A DNA stretch of 64,000 nucleotides from Eledone cirrhosa (Eukaryota). The position numbers were made by a program, and so were the translations under genes. The stretch is from assembly GCA_964016885.1 (NCBI GenBank), contig OZ024746.1:64108001-64172000 (forward strand), in the 5' to 3' direction. Shown piece by piece: positions 49,291 through 62,996 of this stretch. The notes below the pieces were generated by a model that was not told the DNA's origin, ran no database searches, and was given only the letters and a program-made list of their open reading frames with translations. Within the stretch, counting starts at the first letter, position 1, and every line of letters starts with the position of its first letter.

Positions 49291-51287
49291 CTGTTATAAT
49301 TTTCTATCTAACAATGTTGGCATATGTCATTGCAGAGATCCTCAGCAACAGTATATGATATATGATATTATATTACATACACACACAGATGATCTCCCAG
49401 TAAAGCCACCAGATTCAGTTTGTATTCTAACCAAGTTTTTAATTTCTCCTTTATATTGACTCTGCTTCACCTAGAATCCTAGAAGTAAAATGTAAGTTGT
49501 GTCTCGATGGAGGGAAATATTTCTAACTCTACTAACTATTCTTATCATTTCCAACATTTCTAAGATTACAGAAGCAGTCATTGTTGGCAATTTTTTACAT
49601 CAGCTAAAATGTCTCTGATAGACTGAAACATACCCACAGTTATCAGACCTTATTTTAACTAACCATGTAAATTAAACAAGAGGAAAAAAAGAGAAGGGGA
49701 GGAAGAGAAAGGCAGACTCTACACCCATGTCTAGGTGGTATATCTCAGTTGCGTCCTGCATAAATTAACTTTTGCTATCTTGGAATTATTTCCCTTCTTT
49801 AATGAGTTAACTTTTACCACTAGGCTTTTCGTTTCTTTCTCCAGCTACAAGTAATTTTCAATTAATTAAGAACTCAAATCCTAAAAGAAAGATACATATC
49901 CCCCCACCACTTCTCATCAAGCAGTAATATGGATATCAAAATACAACATCCGGTAATAATCTAAATCTTCATTTGATAAAGAAGTAGCCTCTAGCACTAA
50001 AAAGGAAGTTGTTAAACACAATATCAGAAAAAAATTTGTGAAATACAAAAGCAACAGTAAAACAACTGTAACTAGGTTTTTTTAATTTTTTATCTCCAGC
50101 TAAAAAGTAAAAATTTCATTTAATTAACTTCCAAATTCCTGCCATTGGCTCATTTGGGTTATTTACTTTAGCTCATTTGATTTTTAATTATAGTTATGAT
50201 AGTGTTTAAAAATTCTTACTACCTCTTTTTCTATGTATAAAAATCTGTCAATTGATTGCCTGGCTTAGATGGGCTATGCAATGCTGATGAGGTCTAATAG
50301 AATGAAATATATCCATAACTGAATTTTATCTACAAATGAAGATCAAACTTACCTTCCTCTAACTATGTACATTGATTTTGTGAAATCAATGTTTAATTTC
50401 ATTAAATTATCTCCCTCTTTCTAAGAGAGTTGCCAATGTTTGGTGCCTGGTTCTACTTTCTTTCTGCAACTATGAGAGAAATTTCAATTGATTAAAATTT
50501 GTTCTGCATACAGCATTCAATGCATTGTCTTATAAATTAATTATTCATTGATATCTCTTCTTTCTCTTCTGTGAACTACAACAATTTCTGAGTCTTTTAA
50601 CCTAATGAACACACTTCTCTCTATATTGGATTCTTAAGCCCAATATTGTGTATATAGTTAATAACAGTGACTTCATCAGACATCAATTTTTCTCATTCTA
50701 CTTTTCATAGTGGTTTGGTAATCTGGCAACATTCAATATCATCAATATGCCCATTAACCCTTTTGATACCATACCTAAAACTGGACCTTTTTTATGATAC
50801 AAAACTGCTTATTCTAAAGATTATGTATTTATCTAGAACCCATCTATCATAATTTTATGTAAGAACCTTTAAGTTATACTTCAAACACCAGATTAATAAC
50901 GAGAAATTTATTTTACTAAATCCCTTATAATTCTTATTTAAAAAATTGCGGAAATATAGAACTTCAAAATATTTATCTTACCCAATCCAAAAGTTTTTCA
51001 TAAGTAATATTTTCCAGAATAATTTACTTTAATATTTGAATAATTTGCTTGTGATTATATTTTTTAATTTGTGGCATTTATCAACAAATATCTTGGTATC
51101 TCCTAATCATTCACAGAAATGCCATTAAAAAAATGTTTTTGAAAAATATTTAGAAGGAAGTGTCTGTGTTATTTATTGTGTTGTGTAATTGAGGGGAGTA
51201 TTTAGCTTTTTGAATACATTTTTATGTTGTCTAATTTCTTTAAATTATATATTAAATAATTCATTATCTGTAAATAGTTATGTTATA

Positions 51288-51434
51288 TACTATATTTCCC
51301 GGCATCAAAGATGCTACTTTCTTCCTAAAATAAGTCTAAAAAATCTACCATGTGTCCTGGAGGTTGAAGGTTGGTTATCAAAATTAGGGTGTGTCCTCGA
51401 GGATGAAGTGTCTTCAGTGCCAGGAAATACGATA
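51288..51434. mobile_element. pogo/Tigger-type MITE
   Basis: tactatatttcccggcatcaaagatgc / gtgtcttcagtgccaggaaatacgata imperfect TIRs, TA-flanked. Confidence 0.6.
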
Positions 51435-51444
51435 TATATTATCC

Positions 51445-52080
51445 TTATCATTTAATGTCCATTTTCCATGCTAGCATAGGTTAGACGAGTTGTCCTGTTT
51501 TGAGAAAAGCCGGATCAGTTGACCATGTGTTGCTTGTACAGAATTGATTTTGGCTTGGTTTGTACAGATAGGTGCCCTTCCTAATGCCAACCACATTTAC
51601 AGTGAGTACTGGGTGCTTTTTGTCATGACAACTACACGACTACTTTACAGTGTGGGCTGGGTGTTTTTTGTCATGTCGCCGCCAAGACCACTTTACAGTT
51701 TCGGTTGGGTGTTTTTTGTCGTAACACCTACATGACCACTTTACAGCATGGGCTGGGTGTTTTTTGTTGTGTTGCTACCACGACCACTCTACAATGTGGA
51801 CTGGGTGCTTTTGTTGTGTCGTCATCATGACCACTTTACAGTGTGGGCTGAGGACTTTTGTGGGAGAGGTGTGTGGGGATTGTGGAGGTGGGTATTTGGG
51901 CGTTTGTGAGGAGTGGAGTGTTAGGACGTGGGAGGTAAGTAGAGAGAGTGGAGTGAGGGGTGGAGTGAAGTTGTGCACACTAGATGTGTGCTTCAGCCTG
52001 TGCTCATGGGAGGTGTATGAAAGAATGGGGTGGAGGTGAAGGTGATGTATTCTATATATATGCTTCAGCCTGTGCTGAAT
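51445..52080 (-). mobile_element. Composite tail element with about five 48-bp units
   Basis: Reverse complement of the tail module and of repeated gaccactttacagtgtgggctgggtg. Confidence 0.75.
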
Positions 52081-53021
52081 TTTCAATGATCAATCGACTC
52101 TCAGAAACGATCGTAAAACAACGAACTAACTAACCACCTACGTCTAACTTTTTTTCATTGTTCTATGCACACATTGACCCCCCCCCCCCCCACACACACA
52201 CACCCAACACACATACACACAGATGCTTTAAAATACTGAAATTTGACTAATTTGCTTTGGTACTGGAGATGATGGTGATAGGTGCCATATTCTCAGCACA
52301 CTTTTCTTCACTGCTTATTTTGATAGTATGGGGTGTACTTATCTTCTTATTGGAAGAGTCCAGCTTTGCAATCTTATCTTTCTTATTGTAATTACTCCAA
52401 GATCAACTTAGATAATACATTTTGGCAACATAAACTGCAAGCAAATAACTCTGAAGCCAAATGGTACCATCTTATAAGTGAGGCATCTGGATTAAGTAGC
52501 TTCATCCTGTATGAAATAAAAACAAACATGTGTATTATTTGATAGTTATTATTTATGAATATCAATTTCTTTTGACTGAGAACAAGGGCACCATTTGCAG
52601 AGAAATGAGCAATGTCAGTTGAATTAAACTCAACACTACTACTATATTTATTTTATCGCCTCAGCTCCTATCATATTTCCTAAGAAATGGGAGGCAAAGT
52701 TGATTCTGGTGAGATTTGAGCTCATAATGAACTATAAAACTAAATACTATTAAACATTTTAGTTTGAAGTCCTGCAGTATCAATTCCACACTAAATTTGT
52801 TGTTCCATAAATGTTATCATCACAATGATTTTATCACCATAATAATAATAATAATGATAATAATTTTTAGCATGAGTAGTGGTCCTGCTGCCTATTGTAC
52901 CATGCTGTACATATACCATTCAGCTGTCACGGCAACCTTCATGTAATAGTTCAACTGGACATATAAAGCCAATTTTCTTTAGATGTCAATATCTGTTCTC
53001 AATGCTCTCACAATTATTATA

Positions 53022-53457
53022 AAGGGCAGTGGATTGACAGTATTGGTAGAGTTGGACATCATGCTTTGCAGCATAGAGTTACGGTCCTTTGCAATCTGAA
53101 TTCAAATCCCACTGAGGTTAACTTTGCCTTTCATCCTTACAGGGTTGATAAAATAAAGCACCAGTAACATACCCCCCCCCCCCAAAAAAAAAATTACTGG
53201 CCTTGTGCCTATACTAGAAATCATTATTTTAAGGGCAGTGGATTGGCAGTATTGATAAAGCATCGGATAACATGCTTCGCAACATAGTTATGTCCCTTTA
53301 CGTTCTAAGTTCAAATCCCAACAAGGCTAGCTTTTCCTTTCATCCTTACGGGGTCGATAATATAAACACCAGTAATGCACTGGGGTCAATTTAATCGAGT
53401 TTCTCCTATCCGCAAATTGCTGGCCTTGTGCATAAATCAGAAAGAATAATTATTATT
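53022..53457 (+). mobile_element. Two head-to-tail SINE A copies
   Basis: A/B boxes and core twice. Confidence 0.85.
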
Positions 53458-54069
53458 AATAGTAGTGATAATAGTAACACTAGTAATTTTAATGTCTACT
53501 TTTTCATGCAAGCATTGGTTGCAGGACTTTTTGTGTGAGTGCTTTAGTGGCAAATGTCCTACCTGATATTTTAACTCTTTTAGTTGCTTCTTATCTATTC
53601 TAAAAACTGGTATACAGATCGTGTCATTATGTTATTTTCAACATCAATTTAAAACTAGATTTCTCTTTGCAATATAGCCTTATGTCACATACTCCCACTT
53701 GGTCAAAAGAATGAAACCAAAAGTAGACAATGCACTGAAGCTGTATTTTTAACATTTGATGTAATTTCTATACCTATGTATTATTAATTATGCTTTATTT
53801 AATTTAATCATTGGTTAACACATAGTTTCATGTAATTTAGTTTAAGTAGATTTCCATGTCAGAAGTTTTTCTTTTGTTTTTGGATGTTCACCAGTCTACA
53901 ATGATGTAGAAGCATTCGTTGATGTCTTTCGTAGAGAGAATCATTGATCAATTGATACAATCTACTTTTTATTGAGTGTTTCTCCATCACAATGTCTCTT
54001 AAAAGGACAAATAATCTGATAGATACAGAATCAAAGAGACTGAGACAGACATAGATACAACTAGAGTCA

Positions 54070-54228
54070 CTAATGTGTGTGTGTGTATGTGTGTGTGTGA
54101 GGATATGATAAAGTTAAACAGAAATTTTGAGCGAGAGAGAGAGAAAGCAAAGGATATTCACAGGAAAGAACTGAAAAGATACATGTGTGTGTGTGTGTAT
54201 GTGTGTGTGAGAGAGAGAGAAAGAGAGA

Positions 54229-54290
<62 letters not shown>
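54070..54290. repeat. (GT)n/(GA)n microsatellites
   Basis: Visible directly. Confidence 0.95.
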
Positions 54291-54291
<1 letters not shown>

Positions 54292-55415
54292 AAAAATGTG
54301 AGGTTGTGCATGAAAAAGAAATGAAGGCAGGAAGAGAAAAATCTCTGAATAAGTGGGGATAGATAGGCAGATAGATAGACAAACAGATAGATAAGTAGAT
54401 ACAAGAAATATCAGTAGATAGAAGAATGTGTCAGCTATAGAGAAAGCAGCAAAGAGAAATTCATTTACATATACACATAGACAGCTAAATACACATATGC
54501 ACATATAAAGAGAGAGATGTGATGCCTTTTTCATGTAAATGAAGTAATTTCTCTAATTTTTTCCTTCATGATCAAAATGAAAGTATATTTAATCATTGAA
54601 AGAGAGACCAGTAACAAGAGTTGTGGATTTGATTACAAAATCAGAAATAATTCTTTGATATTATTCTTACAATTCTTTGATATTTGCAGAACACCTTTAC
54701 AAGATGATTGCTTCTGATTTTTAATAAATTTTAATCAATCATTAAAATATAACTTTGATCTTTAAGTGTTCTTCTCACGTCTTTTATAAATGTTAAGAGA
54801 TTATAAACCTGAATGTGTGGGACTATTTATTAACTACTAAGCACATTAATCTAGAAAGATTTCATTAGATGAAGAATTCTGTTTCTGTCTTTTTATTCAA
54901 CAAAATTGAGGTGATGATGTATCAGTCTAGTGTTGTAACTAATTGTAACAGTATGCAATATATTATCATAGAAACAACTCCATCATTAACTGGTCCCAAG
55001 ATTGATTGTGAAAGGCAAAGGGTTAGGCAATGGATTAACAACTTTCTCCTGTAATAACAAAAATAATAACAAAAAAAAAAGAAAAAAACTCACTATAATA
55101 TAGTACAAGAGTATTTGGTCATTAAAGGGACTTGATCTTTGTTCTCATCTGTGTTTGATACTGCAATATAAGTTAATCTAGGAGTATGTATGATAGAATG
55201 TCTAAGTGCTGTTGTAAAACGTTGAACTCAAGTACCTGGCATAATCATCAGTGTGTTGGATTAAAATGGTTTATCATAGTTGCCCTGGCTCTTTTTATGG
55301 AAATTTCTGGCTTTGCTACTATCTTGATAGTGTGTTTTTATTGGCAGTATGACCCCCCCCCCCCCTTCAAAGTATAACAAACTATATATATATATATATA
55401 TATATATATGGAGGC

Positions 55416-55451
<36 letters not shown>

Positions 55452-55452
<1 letters not shown>

Positions 55453-56690
55453 CAGACCGGGTGATGTGTTGTTTCCTTGAGCAAGACACTTTATTTCACA
55501 TTTCTCCAGTTTACTAAGCTGTAGAAATGAGATGATAGGAACTGGGGTCCATATCATTCCAGGAAGGGCATCCAGCTGTAGAAATCAAGCCAGCATCAGT
55601 TTCCATCCCACCCTTGCAAGCAGGGAAAAAGCGGACGTAAAATGAAATGATGATGAAATGATGATATATATATATATATACTACGTTGGTATGGTCACGT
55701 GATGCACATGAAAGATGACAGCTGTATAAAAAAAGTGCAGGGGGATCAAAATTGATGGAAGTTGCAGAGTAGGTAGACCCAGAAAAACCTGGGACGATTT
55801 GATAAATTCTGACCTTACACCTCTCTAAGACAATGTCACTGGACCGAGGTCTTTGGTGCCACGCAGAAATAGAGAAGACCTGCCTTGCCTATGTACAAAG
55901 CGAAACCAAACAGTCAGTAGGCACCTCTTAACCAAATATACACCCCAACCCACTACCCCTACTCCATCCTCCCACTCCCACCAACACCACCCTTTCTCTG
56001 TAAAGTTATGTTGGTACCACAACATCCAGTCCAAACTAATGAGGTTGTATAGGTGTCACAAAAAAAAACAAAAACACACACAGTCCACGCTGTAATGTAG
56101 CCGTGTAGGTAACACGGTAAAAAGCTCTCAGTCTACACTGTAAACGTGGTTGGTGTTAGGAAGGTCATCCAGCCGTAGAAAACCTGTCAGATAGTCCTAT
56201 ATGAGCGAGACACAGTCACCCAACCAATCTTGCCTCAAGTGGGACAATTCCCATCTAACCCATGCTAGCATGGAAGATAGACATTAAACGATGATGATTT
56301 TATATATATATATGGAGGCATTATATATATGGAGGCATTATATATATGGAGGCATTATATATGTTAGAGCATTGGCCTTGCAATTGAAAGGTTGTGAGTT
56401 CAATTCTCAGACCGGGTGATGAGTTGTTTCCTTGAGCAAGACACTTTATTTCACATTGCTCTAGATTACTCAGCTGTAGAAATGAGATGATAGGGACTGG
56501 GGTCCATATCATTCCACTGCAAAGTGGTCGTGGAGGTGCCATGGCAAAAAAGCACCCAGCACTCACTGTAAATGAGGTTGGTGTTAGGAAGGGCATCCAG
56601 CTGTAGAAATCAAGCCAGAATCAGTTCCCGTCCAACCCTTGCAAGCAGGGAAAAGTGGACGTAAAATTATGATGATGATGATGATGATAT
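55452..56690 (+). mobile_element. Cluster: truncated SINE B (55452-55665), RTE end plus composite tail (55680-56298), SINE B (56348-56690)
   Basis: Matches to 43357-43701 and LRWYGHVMHMK RTE motif; each piece separated by (TA)n. Confidence 0.85.
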
Positions 56691-56754
56691 ATATATATAT
56701 ATATTTTCTGTGTTGGAGTTTGCTTGGAGCATTGTTGAATAGGAAACACAAATC

Positions 56755-57047
56755 TAAATAATTTTCAAAACCATACAATGCACTAGAAAGAAAATCAAGA
56801 TTGCTAAGATAACAAAAGAATCTTACCTTAGCAAATTTGATAATCTCAAATATTTTGGGGTTTAAAAACCCATTGTCAAGGGAGTATCCCTATTAAAGAC
56901 TTAAAAGATCGATTGGAGTTGACTTGTTTGTTTGGAAAGCACACTTAAAATATTTGGGATTATTGAATTTGCTAAGATAAGAGTCTTTGTTATATTTGCA
57001 ATCTTGATTTTCTTTCTAGTGCATTGTATGGTTTTCAAAATTATTTA
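56755..57047. repeat. Foldback with ~100-bp arms
   Basis: 56755-56856 is the near-perfect reverse complement of 56947-57047. Confidence 0.9.
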
Positions 57048-57129
57048 AATGGTGTTAAGTGATGCCAATTGAATAAAACACTCAATGACATGTACTAATC
57101 CAAGTTCGTTTTGGTAGTCAAGGGGACTA

Positions 57130-57513
57130 CATACAGGAAAAGTTAGCACAGGCCAAATAAAGATGTGCATAAATTTATTCAGTTATTATACCTATTTCTC
57201 TGGGGTTGGTGTTTAGGTGCTGTGACTTCCAATAATTGTCAGCCTAGGTTCATCAGATAGCATTCATAGATAAAAACAAACTTCTTCTAAAGGGGGTCGG
57301 TCAGCTTAATGATAATAGGCTAAATGTCAGCCCTTCATATTGATAAACTTTAAAAGCTGCTTGTTTTTATCTCAGAACGCTATCTGATGAGCTCCTCCCA
57401 ACGATTATTGTGGAAATCACACCACCTAATCTTTGACTCCAGAGAAATATATATAAGAGCTGAATAAATTTATGCACAACTTCATATGGTCTTTGCTAAC
57501 TTTTACTTTGTAT
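57130..57513. repeat. Foldback with ~165-bp diverged arms
   Basis: tgtgcataaatttattcag...tcatcagatagc...agataaaaacaa / ttgtttttatct...gctatctgatga...ctgaataaatttatgcaca. Confidence 0.85.
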
Positions 57514-57613
57514 ATATGTTTTATTTATTTGTGTGTATGTATACATACACACACACATACACACATATATATATATAAATGTGTATATATGTGTATATAT
57601 GTGTGTATTTATG

Positions 57614-57660
<47 letters not shown>

Positions 57661-57892
57661 ACCTATACATATATTAGATGTAAATAACTACATCATGTAG
57701 ACTACAAAAGGTCAGTGTTAGGAATATTTATACACAAATTCAACACATACACTCACACATACAACATATACACACACATTCACGCATACCATCACATTTA
57801 TGAATATATAAAAGTAACAGTTAATGATAATTAGACATGAAACCTTAGGCAATGCTGTTTCTTGTAATTCAGTGTAGATCAGCAATAATGAT

Positions 57893-57917
57893 TATGTATA
57901 TATATATATATGTATAA

Positions 57918-57963
<46 letters not shown>

Positions 57964-58400
57964 AAATATATATATAAATATATATATATATATATGTATA
58001 AATATATATATATATATATATGTATAAATATATATATATGTATAAATATATATATATGTATAAATATATATATATGTATAAATATATATATATTTGTAGA
58101 AATATATGTTTAAATATATATATATGTATAAATATATATATGTATATATATATGTATAAATATATTTATATATATATGTGTGTGTGTATATATATGTGTG
58201 TATATATATGTATATATATATATGTGTGTATATATATGTGTATATATATATATGTGTATATATATATATATATGTGTGTTTGTATATATATATCTCTGTG
58301 TATATATATATATGTGTGTGTATATATATATATATATGTGTGTGTATATGTATATATATATACACACACATACACACACACACACAAATACATACATACG
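57893..58400. repeat. Compound (TA)n / tatatatgtataaa microsatellite
   Basis: Visible directly. Confidence 0.95.
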
Positions 58401-58892
58401 AATTTTGTAACATGTCACCATCCATTTGAACTCTTCGATATTAGGTTTCTAATAATTCCAAGTATGTAATTATTCCTGGAATTGAAAAGATGCCTGTAAT
58501 GTTAAAGTATTGGTAACAAGTTCAAAGTTTTCCAAGGGTATAATGTATAGTGTTGTATCATCACCATCATGTATGTATAGCTGTAGATATAAACATGCAG
58601 AGAGAGAGGAAGTAATAGATATATTTATGTATTTATAATACTCTTTTACTGATTTCAGTCTACAGACTGCAGCCAAACTGACATACCATTTTAAAAGGAT
58701 TTAACCACTGTACAACACCCTCTAGGTGTATTTTATTGTTGCACCAGTTCTGAGGACTCTTCAGACATATAAAACTTAAATTGTCACTGTTTGATTGTCA
58801 ATTACTTTACTGAGTTGAAAAATAAATCTCAACTTGACACGTTCCATGAGAGTATCTTGATCAGCCAACAAACTTTTCAGTCAATTCTCATA

Positions 58893-58929
<37 letters not shown>

Positions 58930-59079
58930 GCATATGTCATCATTATCATCATCGTTTTTACATTTGTTTTTTTATACCTGTATGAAGTGGACGGCCCTTT
59001 TCAGCACAACATCTCTCCACTCAGCATGTTCCTTTTGATTCTTCTTAAACCCAGTTTATCCCTCAGTTCGTCGAAGCTC

Positions 59080-59915
59080 TGTCTTTACATTGCACATCCA
59101 ACGAAGCTTGGTTGCTTCATTTCTCTCCAGTCTATGCATGTGTTCTGCAGTCACAGCCCAAGTTTCACTACCATGCAGCATCACACATCACAAACATGCA
59201 TCATACTATCATCCTTTTGTATGTAGGAAGAAACCTTTTGTTATCAACAATGGGTGTAGCTCTCTAAACTTCTCCCATCCTATCTTTATTCTAGCTATTA
59301 TGATCTCAGAGTATCCTCTTCCACTGCTAATTAAGTCACCTTGATAGAAGAAGCTATCAACCACTTCTATGAATCCTTCCTGTGATTGGAGAAAATTTGC
59401 ATCTTCTACAAACAATGTCTTCCCTTCCTGTTAGTCTACCTGTTATCCCACTACATCTTTATGGACCAAAGATTTACATTGTGTACTTGTAGAGTTTATA
59501 ACTATTCCCTTTCTACATATTGAGAAGGGCCACTTCCCTGAGAGAATCAGTGTCCAATCTTCTTTCCTACTTAATATCACTTTAGTTTTGGCTAAGTTTA
59601 CTCTGAGACCTTTTGATTCCATATTAGTTTCCATAGTCAGAACTTATCTAGTTTTATTATGGATTAAGCAATACAGACCAGATCATCCACAGAAGTTCCC
59701 ATTGATAGACAGTCTTAAACTCCTCTGTTATAGCCTGGAGAACTATGATGAACAACAGTGGGCTAAGAACTGAACCCTGATGAACTCCTATCTGCACTTT
59801 AAATTCCTCACTAAACTCACTTCCTACTCTCACTTTTCTGACAGCTCCTCTGTACATGGCTTGCACTGCTCCCACAAGCCATTCTTCTCCACTTAATTTA
59901 CTTAGGGACTCCCAG
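59080..59915 (-). mobile_element. Degenerate RTE RT fragment
   Basis: VHQGSVLSPLLFIIVLQAITEEFKT, GLRVNLAKTKV and GWEKFRELHPLL match ORF 41451..42614. Confidence 0.9.
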
Positions 59916-60559
59916 ATGTATATGTATGTGCATATATATATATATATATATATTTTAAAAAATAGAGGTGTAACACACGAGTTGTGATATATTAGTAAAA
60001 GGAAAAGAAAATGCTGACAAATTTTTCCCAGTGAAAAATAGTTTAATTAGGAATAAGTATAAATTAGTAATAAGTATTGCTTAGTATTCAGTTTTAGTTT
60101 TAAGTTTTTACCGGTTGCGCATTTCTAATGCTTTTCAAAAATAATTTTGAGATAGAACGCTCGTGATGTTTGCTCTAATCTGATCAGTTTTGGAAATTCT
60201 TCCTGTTTTATGTGAAAAAAGTGGCTCCAGAGGTATTAAGATTTGGTTGGTTGTTGAATGTCACGTTAATGAGTACTATAAATTTGCGCCAATTCTTGTA
60301 GTCAAAACAATTTTGATTAGTCGGTAGAGGTCACGTGAATGTTAAAAATTGATTTTGCGCCAAATGTAGGTTTGTTGAAGAGTGTCCTTTTTCGCCTGAT
60401 TGAGAAGTCACTGAAAAATAAGTTTATTAAAACAAATATGTGTGTGTGTCTGTGTGTGTAGTAAAGAGGTTCATTGTTGTGATAATGGTCAGTAGGGATG
60501 TGTGTGTGTGAATTGCAGTCATGTTGAAAGGTCAACAGTTCAGGTGTCTATTGAGACAA

Positions 60560-60607
<48 letters not shown>

Positions 60608-61273
60608 CAGAGTGGTTCGTGGTAGAGGAAATAAATTCGGTCAGTAGGAATGTGTGTGTAAGTGTGTGGGGGATATTTTAACACGTTGAAAGATTTTTTC
60701 AGCTCTTGTCTTATACGGAGAAGTGCGTGTGTGTGTGTGTGTGTGTGTGTATGTCTGTTTGTATGTTTGTGTACGCGTGTGTATGTGTGTGTGTGTGTGT
60801 GTATGTGTGTGTGTGGATGGACCAGTATTTTTGTGATACTGGTAAAAATGGTGTACATTATTCGATATTTTCAGTAATTTTCAAAAACGATTCTCTCAAA
60901 AGAACATAAAAAACATTAATAATAAAAGGGGTGAAATGATGTATAGTATTGTCATAATACCAAGGTGTGTGTGAGTGTCCAGATTGTACGTACTGCAAGG
61001 GGAATCCATTAGGCCCTGCTGTATGGGAATACTTATGTACAAATATGTATGTGCCCATCAGTGTGCAATGCATGTGTGCGTATATGTATGTTTGTGTGTC
61101 GGCACGTTTATATCTATAAACATCAAAAGGTATGCAAATTTGTGTATATTTGTGTTGCACCATAGAACATGTGTGTTTACGTATGTCATTGTGTTTATAT
61201 GTGGATAGAAATGTATGTAGGATGTATGCTGATGTAGGTATGTATGTTGACGTGTGTATGTTGTGGGTTCGTC

Positions 61274-61672
61274 TTAGGGAGAAGTGTTTAGACGGGGTCC
61301 GTATTTGTTAATAAAGTGAGATTCCTTGCTGATGCGCTGTGTGTGGGTGGCATTATCTTTAAATTTGTAGAGGGGAAAGATTCTAAAGTTGGGATGATTT
61401 TGGGCGGCACAGGTATCTATGTGTTCACTCAGTGGTATTTTTCTGTATTCCCATATTTTAATTTGGGATCTATGGACAGTCATGCGTTGGCGGAGGCTGT
61501 TTTTAGTCTGGCCTATGTATTGTTCTCGACAACCTGAGCAAGTTAATACATATATTAGATTTTCTGATGCGCATGTGAAATTGTGTTTTACTATAAAACG
61601 TTGACCTTCTTTGAAATAGAATTCCGAACCCTCTATTAGGTTGATGCATATGCCACAGTTGGGTCTATCGCA
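61274..61672 (-). pseudogene. PLE Cys-rich linker plus GIY-YIG endonuclease
   Basis: My translation: CDRPNCGIC...TCASENLIYVLTCSGCREQYIGQTKNSLRQRMTVHRSQI...RISKESHFINKYGPRLN. Confidence 0.9.
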
Positions 61673-62007
61673 TTTTTTTTTTTACTGTGGGTTTCGTTGT
61701 TGTGGTTGGCAGCACTTTGGCATGTGTTAGGATGTTTTTCATTGACTTAGATTGTCTTTTGCTCTTTATGATATCGTGTGTTCGAAGGATTTGGTTCATT
61801 CTATGGTCCTTTTTTAACACAGGGATGTTCTGGAGGATGGTGTCAAAGGCCTCATTGTTGAGTGGGTTGTGTGTATGTATGGAAGAGCTTTTAGTTTCGG
61901 TTGATTTACTTTAGGGTGTCCGTTTTAGTGTGTGTGTGTGGGGGGGGGGGCAATTCATTGATCTTCTTTAAGCGTATGAGACTGTTGTTGTCTCAGGTTA
62001 TTGTCAT

Positions 62008-62996
62008 TTATCTGGTCGAGATCAGAGATGAGAGAGCAGTGAGGTCCTGGGTACTGAGTTTTAGGGCACGTTGGATTCCATTGTCAATTAGTGATGCAGG
62101 GTAGTCCCTGTCTATGAGTGTGTCCTTTAGTTCTTGTAGCCGTAAGTAACAGGTGTTTTTATTGGAGACTATAGTACAGATTCTCTTGGCTAAGTTGTAG
62201 GGAATATTAATTTTAACGTGTCTAGGGTGGCAAGAGTTGAAAGGAAGATATTGCTTGGAGTCTGTGGGCTTGTAGTATATGTCTGTTTCTATTTTTTTGT
62301 TATGAATCTTAATGAGGATGTCGAGGAAGGGAAGTTGTTGATGGCTGTATTCCACCGTAAAGTTAATATTCGTGTTGAGCCCATTTATAAGGGTGTGAAA
62401 TTCTTTAAGTTTCTCGATGTTTTCGTGCCAAAGGATGAAGCAGTCATCTAGATATCGCTTCCAGTTCTTTTCTATGTGTAAGTGGGGAGTGTTTCCAAAT
62501 TTGTTTAGTACTTTAGTGTAGAGGGTGATTTCCAGGTATCCCATGACTAGGTTGGCATAAGTGGGGACTGTTTTCGTTCCCATAGCGGTCCCAGATTTCT
62601 GCCTGTAGGGTTTGTTATTGAAAACGAAGTAATTGTTCTTCAAGATAAATTTGAGTCCTTCTATCACGAATTCTTTTTTGATGCGTTGTGGGAGTTCATT
62701 GTGGTAATTATCCAGCCAGAATTGGATAGCTTCTGTCGATAGGTTCTGTCGGTTTTTAATCTATTTAATTCTTCCCATTCTTTCTTGTTGAGGTTTGGCT
62801 TGTGTTTTTGTCTGTGCAAGTGTTGGTAAGGAAAGTTTGTGATGTGTTCACAGAATTCGTCCAGGATTTTATTTCTACCTTTTGATGGGGTGTAGTTGCT
62901 TCTATTTCTGGCTAATGATTCATCCTCATTGTACTGGTCGAATAGTTCTTCACTGAGTCGTAACTTTCTACAGAAGTCTGTGATGTATTCCTTCAT
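62008..62996 (-). pseudogene. PLE reverse transcriptase with internal deletion at ~62745
   Basis: NNYFVFN...YRQKSGTAMGT...YANLVMG, WKRYLDD, LPFLD, YYKPTD, SCHP motifs; RT N-terminal motifs missing at the junction. Confidence 0.93.

Noticed and set aside
50353-50420. Candidate minus-strand exon KEGDNLMKLNIDFTKSMYIVRG with AG|GTAAGT donor; also an acceptor-like site at 52507
   Set aside because: Short, no recognisable homology, and such signals arise by chance in 64 kb; needs RNA-seq
57892-58469. YI/CV/HT-rich ORFs here and at 19.0, 34.5, 35.5, 37.2 and 54.1 kb
   Set aside because: Dinucleotide microsatellite translations
60105-60210. Possible HHR at the 3' end of the large PLE (GAAATGCGCA on minus strand)
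   Set aside because: No convincing CTGANGA core or stem I pairing
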